Assembly (NCBI GenBank): GCA_037447605.1 | Contig: CM074807.1 | Coordinates: 3,794,829 to 3,858,828, forward strand | Origin: Zygnema circumcarinatum SAG 698-1b | Taxonomy: Eukaryota; Plantae; Zygnematophyceae | Direction: 5' to 3' | Length of the DNA: 64,000 nucleotides | Shown here: piece after piece, positions 33,642 to 44,200 of the stretch | Position numbering within the stretch: position 1 is the first letter of the stretch | Layout: every line of letters starts with the position of its first letter | Translations under genes and position numbers: made by a program | Notes under the pieces: model-generated | What the model saw: the letters and a program-made list of their open reading frames with translations, nothing else | What the model was told of the DNA's origin: nothing | The model's database searches: none

Positions 33642-36600
33642 ATGGCAGCTGACTTTTTGAGCGATTCGGATGCTTCGGGGAACTTTTATTATTGCGACAG
33701 CAGCAACCTCAAGCAGCTTCACATATTTGACGAAGATAGAAGTAGGCGGTTGGCAAAAGAATCAGTTATAAGCAGTGACACCCTCTCCCTAGTTTTGCTG
33801 CAAAGCTGTACATCAACAGCAAGGCTGACTTCTGTCAGTTCTTGGAAGAGAAGACGGAAGCAGGCAGCTAGCCTGCCTTCCCATTTTAGGAGTCTGCATG
33901 TAGCATCGCTATCCATGCCAAGGGGCATTGGTTCAATTGCTGCAAGGGAGAATCAGAGGTCCTTGACAAGCCAATGGTCCAATTTTTTGGCTGTTGTTGG
34001 AGTCCAAGGACGAGTACTTATGAAAGAAGTTCCCTTATTCGAACGAGCAGGTGAGCTGCAGGCGAAGCAAAGTGTTCGCTCCTGGCTATTGCCAGTTAGG
34101 CTGCAGTGACTAAGTCTTACTGAGAATTAAATTTTGCTTTTGCTTGAATGGTTACTGAGCATGCTAGAGTTTGGCGCTTGACTAGAGCTGTTATGCTGCA
34201 AAGTGTTTACATTTTCTTTATGTCTATCGCTTTTAAGAGAGGCGCCTTGCAGATAGCATGTTTGTTCCATGTTGAAAGGGCTGTCATGCTGGGAGCATGT
34301 TGTTTGGAGACTATACAGGCATTGGAGCCATTGCTGGAGGCCTTGCTGGCGGGTTTACAAATGCGACATTGCATCCCATTGACACAGTAAAGACTAAGCT
34401 GCAGACACGCGGTTCCTCAAGTTTGTATAAAGGACCTATCGATGTGGTCCGGAAGGTGGGTTACTGAAGCCGATTACGTGATAAACAATTAGGAACCATA
34501 TAGTTCATACAACACGAATTGCGCGAGGTCAAGCGCGCATGTGCGCTTGCAGTCAATGCACCACCACAGAAATTTTGCGAGAGGACTACTCTGTTTCGTA
34601 CAGATGTAGGTACTACTGTGTGGGTTATATCAAATGATCAGTTCAGTTCGTATTGCAGCTTATAACCAGTTCAGACTTCGCGAACAACTTTGAAATTCAA
34701 ACGCTTAGCCTTCTGATTAAGTGCATGCATTCACAAATATGTTTTCCATGCTCGGAATGTTGTTTGCAAGAAATTGACTCTGGCTTCTTTTGAACAGAGC
34801 GATGATATGTGAACTTATCCTCGTAATTTTAACCTGACACATCTCATTGCAAAAATGCAGGTTCTTGCTAAACAAGGTGTTGCTGGCTTCTATTGCGGAT
34901 TGCCAGCTGCCCTTCTAGGCTCCATGATTTCGTCCTCAGTGTACTTTGGCATGTACGAGCTCGGAAAAGGGTTGTTAAGCTCTTTTCAAAACTGCCCTGC
35001 TGCTTTGGTGCCCCCAATTGCAGCTGCACTCGGCAATATCACTTCATCAGCGATTCTAGTTCCGAAAGAAGTGATCAAACAGCGGATGCAGGTAAATCTG
35101 CCCCTGGTTCCAGTACAATGAATTTTGCATATCAATAATATGGCAACAATATTTTCTCAGGTGATCTCCACTATGCCCTCGAGTTTGGCAAGCTTGGTTT
35201 CCTTTGTGATGCTTTGCAGTAGTTTACTGCTGTTAGCATAGTATAGTTTTAGTCTAGCGATGGGTGCTGAGGAACATAAGGATGTGTTCGTCCGCAAGTT
35301 CGATGAACAATAAGCACGTACAGAATGTGGAGGATGGAAGTTTCTCAAGTTTGTTCTTTGGTTTGGGAGCTTACTTGGAACCAAGAAATTAATTTCTAAT
35401 TTTCAAAGTTTCTTGTCTCTCAGAACTAGACGAAATTTAATAGTTTTTAAATACAAAAAAAAAAATATCGACCCATGTATAGACACTTGCTTGAACTGGC
35501 CTTGGCGGGTAGAAAATTTCACTCTGCACGTTTCGTAGTTTATCACCGACAAACGCATTGGAAGCTCTGTCGTAGTATCCTTAGAGAAATGGACAGTAAT
35601 GTAATGCGACACTAGGTTAGGTACTACTTGGGAAGCGGAGTAGAAGTGACAGGGACCTTTTCGCATACTTCTGTGGTTGGTTTTGCTGGTCAGGCTGGAG
35701 CGACAGGAACAGCCATGCAGGTTATGATGGGAACTTTGCGAGCTGAAGGAATTGGAGGCATGTATGCTGGCTACTCAGCTGCTTTGCTGCGGAACTTGCC
35801 GAGCAATATGCTTAACTTCTCAGCCTTTGTAAGTTGAAACTGGAGTCTTCACAAGGATGCAAAGCTATATTTCCCTCTGACTGGCTTGAAGGGCCTTCCT
35901 CCTTGCCCTGCTCGTCTTGGTTATTCCCCCGACCTTACAGACTATCTGGATAGTTCTGGTGTGTATGCAGGAGTATATGAAGGCGGCATGGTTGTCAAGG
36001 ACAGGCAAGGACACTCTGACTCCATGGCAGAGCGTACTGTCAGGGGCGCTCGCGGGAACTATTTCAGCTGCTTTCACAACTCCTTTGGATGTTGTGAAAA
36101 CACGGTTGATGACTCAGGCTCGCCTGGCTGTTGCTGCCGCTGGTGCATCGGGAACAAAAGTAAGCATTCACTTTCTAACAGCTTCAGTCGACATGCTTAG
36201 AGATGTCTGAGAAATGACCTGTCGTGGGTGATGCGTTGGTTGTGATGAAAGGTTAAGTTGAGACGATGAACTCAGATACATTTGCCTTCAGAGCACGTTC
36301 TGCACAAAGAGACTTTATCTTATTAGAATACCCATTGTTTTCTGACCTTGCTCAGGCAGAGGCTGCTGCACGAGCTCAAGCTATTGCAGCTTATACGTAC
36401 ACTGGAGTAGCCGCAACTCTTCAGAAGATTTGGTTAGAAGAAGGGGCGAGGGGCCTAACGAGGGGCATGGCGCCTCGTCTCATTTACAGCGCTTGCTTTT
36501 CAGCTGTGGGATTTCTTTCTTTCGAGACATTCCGAGTGTTCTTGCTCAAACAGCACTTCAAGAAGCAAGGAAGGTTGCATTTAGTTGGCGATGTGAAACC

Positions 36601-36736
36601 GCTGGAGGCAGAAAGGGGTTCCAAGGAAGTGCACAACAGTGGAGCATCGAGTAGCGCAGCAGGAGGGAAAGGTGATAGCAACCATGTCCAAGTGGACGGT
36701 GGAAGCGGTGTGAGAACGATGACCTGCCACACATAA
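33642..36736 (+). CDS. MFL1: Mitochondrial-carrier family protein, plastid mitoferrin-like (MFL1)
   Basis: Spliced product ERAGIGAIAGGLAGGFTNATLHPIDTVKTKLQT...VPKEVIKQRMQ...TTPLDVVKTRLMTQ...YSACFSAVGFLSFE has three PX[DE]XXK/R carrier signatures and closely recalls At5g42130. The start at 33642 is the first in-frame ATG; an upstream exon cannot be excluded. Confidence 0.88.
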
Positions 36737-38202
36737 GATAAAAGCGGGGCTTACAATGCTGAGCATTTTATGTGCTACGCGGGCTATGGCCTTCCTCTTC
36801 CAGAATCGAGTAACCACATTGGGAGCGTAGAGTGACGGTGTGTCAGCTCCTTAAGGGAGATGCTTCCAGTGTGAGGAAATAGAGCAAGTTTTGCTTGTGT
36901 CTGAGCCATGTGTGTGTGTGAAAGCGGCCCGCGGCTGACAGAGGATGTGTACATTCAGGAGGCAATTCAGGTCGTCTTTCAACGTTTAGTATGTCATGTC
37001 CGCTTTGAAGAAGAGGCGGCAGAAGGGTGGGGGGAGGCATGTTGATGTTTGGAATGTGAACATGTTTTGCGACTTAGTTTGCAATGGGAGACTGTACAGG
37101 GAGTTAGGGTAATTGTAACGGAGGCTAATCTAGATCTCTCAGTGAATTGGCCAACTTTTCGGGGTATGCCCTATTTCTTGATGAAGTTTTGGACCGGGTT
37201 TGAATGTTGTGATCACAATGTAGCTTCGTTGTGTCCTGACTTGTTGTGTGCTTAGAATGGCGATGTCATTCACAATGTGCAGTTGTGCCTTGATTTCGAT
37301 TTAAGTCGGTTCAATTTGTGGACCAAACAACAGTATGAATGGAGCGAGTTGCAATTGCCGACGCCTTTTTAAACTGACAATATTTCTATCAGCCGCTTTT
37401 CAAATGTGCAATTAGGAGTGTCATCCCTTACGAATAAAAGTGGCTGGGAGGACTGGAATGCTCGCTTGTATAAAACGAGCGTTGGTTGTTATGTGATGCA
37501 ACTTTTTAGGGATTCACGATTGTTAGGGTTTCACATGAGTGACTTAGAATGCCTTCTGTACATATTTCGTTCGACTGTCGTCATATCCTTTGAATCCGGA
37601 TGAAGTTTATAGCACAGTCTGCACCGATGGACTGTCTCCACTGTCCGTGTTTGCCCGGCAAGAAACACACATACACTATTCCCGTGTCATACCCAGATTA
37701 TCACCGGAAGGGCTCCAAATGTCGTCCACGAGCAACCAGTGATGATCCTCTCACTGGAAAATAAACTCTACTAAAGTTGTTTATGTAACCGGTTTGCGCT
37801 TTGAGAGTGGAAGCCTTGTCTCACCTTGTTCTGAATTTCCCAAATGAACAATTTGTCCGAGTCGGCAAAACTATGCAAATGACATGTTGACGACGCAATT
37901 CAAGGTAGTGTAGACTAACACTTGAAGAATAGATATGGAACATATTTTTGAAGGAAGTACAGTCTAATCACGTTATAGTGACACTGTTTATAAGAACAGC
38001 ATGGATATACTGACTTTTTTTCCGGGAACGGAATTGCACCACTGCAGATCCTGCGCCAGTAGTGACGCCATTACGGATATAATGACGTTGAAAAACCCTG
38101 ATTGTTACTATATATTCAAAATGTCGATATTATCCACCCACGTATTGGAATATGCGTTACAAATATATTACGACCGTACACATTATCGACTAATATCATC
38201 AG

Positions 38203-39188
38203 GGAAAATTCTATTCTCACACCTTTTTTGTCTACACGCAGGCCTCTTTTCGCCGGGCAGATTTTAAAATAGCACAAAAAAAGAACACACCTTTCACACC
38301 TTTTCACCCTTTTTTCTTTCACCTTTTTTTTCACACCTTTTTGGAATCGATACACACCTTTCTCCGTCGGGCAGATTTTACCCCTTCTTGTTTTTTTCAG
38401 AGAAAAAAATATCGGCCTGCCCGAATCCTCTCCGAGCGGAAGATCCGTCCGCCACGAGATCGTTCGCGGGTGGCCGTCCTTCACACGTGACTCTACACCG
38501 TCGATTCTAGCTCAGATCGCACCACGGCAGATCGGCAGATCGGCAGCACCGGGCTTGGTCACACGCCCACGTGTCCCACCCAAGCAAGCTCAAAGGTCCG
38601 TACACAAGTCGTACGGTCGCAGCTTCGAGGAAAGTCTAAATTCCTTAACATTGAGAGCTTGAACCAATCACCATCTGCCGCGTGCGCGTATTAGACGTGG
38701 CAAACTGTGATTGGTACATGCACTCAATGACGTTTTTTTGACTTTCCTCGAAGCTGCGCCTTATGTACGGTCCATTGAGCCGGCTTGGGTGGGACACGTG
38801 GGACAGAGAACGGCTGCTGATCGAACGGTGATCTGCCATGGTGTGAACTGCGTGAAAATCGACGGCGGGAACTTATTGCACGTGTAAAGGACGGCCACCC
38901 GCGAACGATCTCGTGGCGGACGGATCTTCCGCTCCGAGCGGATTCGGGCAGGCAGATATTTTTTTCTCTGAAAATATAAGATGAGTAAAATCTGCCCGAC
39001 GGAAAAAGGTGCTCACGGCGCTCGGCCGCTCAGGACTAGTAGCGTGTATCGATTCCAAAAAGATGTGAAAAAAAAGGTGAAAAAAAAGGTGAAAAAAAAA
39101 GGTGTGTTCCTTTTTTGTCTATTTTAAAATCTGCCCGGCGAAATGAGGTCTGTGTGTAGACAAAAAAGGTGTGAGAGTAGAATTTTCC
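38203..39188. mobile_element. Non-autonomous MULE/foldback element, 986 bp, almost entirely palindromic
   Basis: 9-bp TSD TATCATCAG (38194-38202, 39189-39197). Ends GGAAAATTCTA.TCTCACACC / GGTGTGAGAGTAGAATTTTCC. The arms pair inward to a centre near 38690 (CCAATCAC...GTGATTGG). Confidence 0.92.
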
Positions 39189-39373
39189 TATCATCAGATA
39201 TCGAGTTGACCGTACATATCAACTTGTCCGTACACATGCTCACTAGGGTTCGTACACACCTACCCTCGTGACGACTGCCCAAAAAGTACAATGTACAGTA
39301 TCAAAGTCGTACGGATATAACGCAAAAACACATGTAATACCATTGTCACTATATATATAAGATGACAAACGGG

Positions 39374-40213
39374 CAGGCCTCTTCAAATAGGGGAGATCCC
39401 CTAAATATCGTAAATAGCTTATTTATGTAAGATTTTGAGATTAGTTTACGTGATTTCAACTTAAATACCACACAAGCCCCAAAAAAGCATTTTTTTGGTT
39501 AAAGACAAAAAGGAAATGAATTGCAGTTGCAACCACGATAGCAATGATGTATATGAACTTTACTTGTTGGTATAACAACACGGCTTTAGAAACTGGTGCA
39601 ACCTCTTTGACTCTTATAGATTGGTAAATTTTACCAATCAATTAGAACAACTGTGCATTTGGCAATCACAACATATAGTTGCTTATTCAAAAACCCAATT
39701 GCACTGAAACTTTGTAGATCCAATCCTAAGCTCTCTATTTCCTTTTCCATCCATCATTAATTACTCCAAGTATCACTTTAGAATCCATCATAGTCTTGAA
39801 AAGGTGTAGTCACAAAAGAAAAACTGAAATAGGAACTAAAATTAGAAATGAAATGAAAAATGGTCTCACTCCCTTAGGAGTTTTAGGCTGATCAAGACAG
39901 CTATAGAAGTGATGCAAACTACTCAAAGAGACCCTCGACGAGTGTTCAAACTATCAAACCGTTTGCAGTGAAGAATGCCTTCCAATGAAAAGTCTGTCAA
40001 CCTCTTTCGAAACTCGTCTTTCTCCCATCCAATTACTGAAAAATCAGACTCGACGGTAGCAATGTTGGGAAATGATGAAGCAAGGTCTGCACAAAATTCT
40101 CGTCCGTACGTGTACGGTTTCGTCCGTACAGTCCATATTTACGTGTTTTTACAAAACCAAGTTAGGGGACAGTCCCCTATCTTAAGCCGAAATCCCCTAT
40201 TTGAAGAGGCCTG
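39374..40213 (-). mobile_element. hAT-superfamily deletion derivative, 840 bp, with transposase C-terminal relic
   Basis: Perfect 21-bp TIR CAGGCCTCTTCAAATAGGGGA; 8-bp TSD CAAACGGG (39366-73, 40214-21). Minus-strand 40099-39923 encodes EFCADLASSFPNIATVESDFSVIGWEKDEFRKRLTDFSLEGILHCK. Confidence 0.92.
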
Positions 40214-40294
40214 CAAACGGGTCATTACCGATATAGTGACACAAATTTGTGGGGACCGACACAGCCACTATAACGTGATTAGACTGTACTTTGA

Positions 40295-40769
40295 CAGGCT
40301 ACTCACGTTATAGTGACCGTGTCGGTCCCCACATATTTGTGTCACTATATTCGTAATGACCCGTTTGTCATTTCACATGTATAGTGACAATCTGATTATA
40401 GATTGTTTTTGCGGTGTCCGTACACCTTTGATACCGTACATTGTACTTTTTGGGCAGTCGTCATCTGGGTAGGTGTGTACGAACCCTAGTGAGCATGTGT
40501 ACGGTCAAGTTGATGTGTGCGGTCAAGTTGATATCTGACGGTATTTGTCGATAATGTGTACGGTCCCTGTATATATCTAACGTATATTCCGATACATGGG
40601 TGGATAATATCGAGATTTTGAATGTATAATAACAATTAGTGCTTTTCAAATGTCATTATATCCGTAATTGTGTCACTGCTGGCGCAGGATCTGCAGTAGT
40701 GCAGTCCCGTTCACGTCAGTATATCCAAGTTGTTATTATAAACAATGTCACTATAACGAGAGTAGCCTG
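40295..40769. mobile_element. Tc1/mariner-type MITE copy B (475 bp, uninterrupted, inverted relative to copy A)
   Basis: TIR CAGGCTACTCACGTTATAGTG / CACTATAACGAGAGTAGCCTG, TA at 40770-71. The whole length is a diverged reverse complement of the copy A core. Confidence 0.88.
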
Positions 40770-41272
40770 TACTTCGCTGCTACCACTAAAACTGATACAG
40801 ACACTTGGACAGATTTTTAAAAATAAAAAAACCGGCTAAACACTCGCTTATACAATTATGAAGTCGGCAAAAAAGCTAACGCTAGACTAGTCTACGTGCT
40901 CGTTTCAGTACATAAGAAGACCTACCGGCTCAATATTATGGGGCACTATAGCTTAGCAAGGGGATCACTCTTCCCTACGGACTCACCGTCGTCAAAACGG
41001 TGGGGAGTACTCCCGATATGCAATATCTAGTCTGACCCCGGCTGCCCATAATGGCGCCCCTTCTCAAAGGCTCAGGCCCAATAATAAAAATGAAAGAACT
41101 TCAGCCTCGCCTTAACAATCAGTTCGGGCTGAGGAGGGAGGTGAGGGGAGGGGTAACTCTCTAGGGACTATTAACAGATATACAACAGAAAAACAACATT
41201 CTCTCTAAGTTAAGTAGCAGGAAGTAAAGGGTCCATGTCTCTCAATGCGGGGGTGTTCAAACAAAGTTCGCC

Positions 41273-44200
41273 CTAAGCCCGGAGCCGCAGAAGCGCCTGA
41301 AGGAACCTCACGTCGGCCCGCCCCATTTGTGCACTATGGAGAAGCTCCGTCAGTCCCTCAGAGGAGGTCATTACATCCGCATTTGCAAAGGAGATTGCCC
41401 TCCAAAAGCTGCTGTTCATGGCAGCCACCCGCTCCAACTGCTGCTCCATGCCCAGGGCAGAGGCATACACATGCTGCACAGGACAACACAGTCACAAGGG
41501 TCGGCTCTCAAGTAGATGAAATCGTCGAAGACCCACATCGAGGTGGTCGAAGTCATGAAGAAAACTTGGAGTAAGGAAGGGAGGGAGGGAGGGAGGGAGG
41601 GGAGGAAGGGAGGGGAGGGAAGGGGAGGTGAGGGGAGAGTAGGCATGCTAGCTACGCCTGTAGAGCGAGCTTGCATTGTCTGCTGAAGTATGCAAGCTGA
41701 AGGAAAAGCGAAGAAGGTGGGTGCATAAGCAAGCTTGCTTTCTAAATCAGATCGAGCAAACACATGCGAGCACTGTCCTTGCGTTTGCTTCAACTAGGAT
41801 TCTTCAACAGAGCGAGCAAGTTCATGCGAGAGTGCCTGTCTGGAAGGGAAGGAGAGAGAGAGAGGAGAGAGAGAAAGCTCATTCCTAGTCGTAAACATTA
41901 CAGCCAGCACCATATAAGTAGCATGTGTACACCTTACCTGGCTAGGAGGACAGCAGGAACAGGGGAACTGTTCTAAAGTAGGGGTGCACCAAACTGTGCT
42001 GCGTGTTTTCTGCTTCAAACCGCACAGATAACGGAACCGTGCACGGTCACTCGGCGTTAAACGGAGCTCTTCACGCAGTTCAGGAGATGGAACAGTAAAA
42101 TCCCATTTACCATCTGGAGGACAACCAAAAGAAAATCAAAATCAAATCAAAACAAACAAAATCTCCCATGTATTCAGACGCTTCGTCAATAGGGAGCCGA
42201 TGTTGTTGGAGTTCGTGGAGTTCTTAACGGATTCGAACTCATGTGTCTATAGAGCATCAACTCAGAAAAAAGGTGCTGAGGACGAACTTTAAGGAGAATT
42301 AAACTATGTATATACCTTTTGCCTCAACAAGAACATCCCACAACTTCCGTTTGTGCTTCAAAATTGCTTCCGATGTGCCTGCATCCACCAATTAATGAGT
42401 GAGGCAGTCAGCAGCCTGAAACATGTGAGTTTTTGAAACGCATTACTTGGTTTCCAGCAGACTCTGCAGAATAAAATATAGAATGAAGGGACGACTGGGA
42501 GTTGCGACCTAAGCAGAAATACTTCGACACGCCACATACATCAATTGTTACTAAAATTGACGTATGAGAAAAAAGCACGCATGCCTGGATGTACATTAAA
42601 AGAATAACAATAGGTTCAATCAAGGGGATAAGGAAAATCCGACAAAAACAGGGGCGCAAAGGAGTGGGAGTGAGAGAAGGTTTGGGAGGAAGTAAAAGCA
42701 GAAGAGAGGGAGGGTATGTGTGTGTGAGAGAGAGAGAGAGAGAAAGAGTGAGAGGGAGAGGGAGAGAGAAGAAGAAGGGGGATGACGGTGAAACATACGG
42801 TCAAGCTCATAGTTGCAATAGCAAACTAAAGCAACAATGAACTGGGCAAGGAATCAAATAGTGAGAGATGAGGAGCTTACACGCAACATAGGAGGAGAAG
42901 CTGCTCATTAGATCTGCATCGTTGAGACCGATAGAGAAGAGGGGCAAAACAGAAGGAGCAGACCCTCTCTGACTGCCAGTAGAGTGGTTACTATTACTGC
43001 TTCCGTTGGATGAGGGAGAGGAGATACCATGAACAAGAGCGCAGGTGGATAAAACTGCAGGAAAGGTAGCATAGACGTATCTTCAGTATCTGCTAGATTA
43101 TTTCAAACAGCTTAACAGACCCTGAAACACCAGAAATTCAGACATAGAAACCAATACTAAGTTACTACTCTCGCTGAGTCGCCCTAGAGGCCTTATTTGC
43201 AGATGAGCAATGCAGCTAACATGGACCTATGATGACTGACAAATGTTTCCGCCAAAGAAAAATAAGAGAACAGCTGCAACAAGATTGACAAGGGGTGATG
43301 GATAGAACAGAGTAATGATTCAGACTTCGGTTTGAATGGCACACCAAGATCACATGAAAAACTGACAGGCGGTGGAGAGCTGTCGGAATTTCGCAAAATG
43401 AGCTCAACGAAGAGCGCAGAATGCACAAAGACGAGCAAGGGGGACAGCAGATCAGAAAAAGTTTATTATTGAAGGACAAGATGCAACACTGAAAATGATG
43501 ATTAGCGACAGTAGTTGTACCTTGAAAGGCAAAGAATCTACAACCCGTGGGGAAAACAAATCAATGGACTGGAACTTATATGTATGATTGTCAGCCAATG
43601 ACCAATTTCAGATGATGAAAGTTATCGGTAAATGACAATCGCCAACAGTAACCTCCTCTTTATGCTAGTATTTGCAGATAATGAGAGTAGAGATAGCCAA
43701 GGAGCTTACAAAAAGAGCACGCGACATTGAAGAAGCAGCGCTTTCCACAGAGTAATCCCAAAGACCCCTGCCATGACCAAAAGGGCGCATTTCCACCTCA
43801 GCTGGAGGACTCAGCTTTCTCCCAGACTCTCCTTTTCTTGCTCACTGACAAGAAAAGTTATTTTTAAGGTTTTCCAAAACCCATTCAGACAAAGGAAAGC
43901 GCATGGATACTCACCAAACTCATTCACGAATTCTCCAAATATGTCGGGAGGGGGTAAAGGAAATGTTGATGCTGACGCAGGCGTGGGGGGCCCTGCCTGA
44001 AATGGAGGAGGAGGACTGTCTACACTAAGCAGGCGGAGAAGGACGGGTGAATTGGGGCGTGCTCTGGTAGAGCACTGCCGAGCAGCTTCTGAGCGAAGGA
44101 GAGGAAGGCAGTGAGCAAGTGGGAGCAGACTGCTGGCGAGGGCCCCTACACTGCAGGAGAGTCACAACCTTCCTCCTTTCAGTGCTGAAGGAAAATGAAT

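Larger units (their letters stand above)
37960..40286. mobile_element. Tc1/mariner-type MITE copy A (~480 bp core) interrupted by two younger insertions
   Basis: Perfect 21-bp TIR CAGTCTAATCACGTTATAGTG (37960-80) / CACTATAACGTGATTAGACTG (40266-86), TA on both sides. The core pieces 37960-38202, 39198-39373 and 40222-40286 align to the reverse complement of copy B. Confidence 0.88.

Noticed and set aside
39012-39044. 33-bp insert in the MULE arm resembling a Helitron end (TC...CTAG)
   Set aside because: Too short, and not inserted in an AT dinucleotide.
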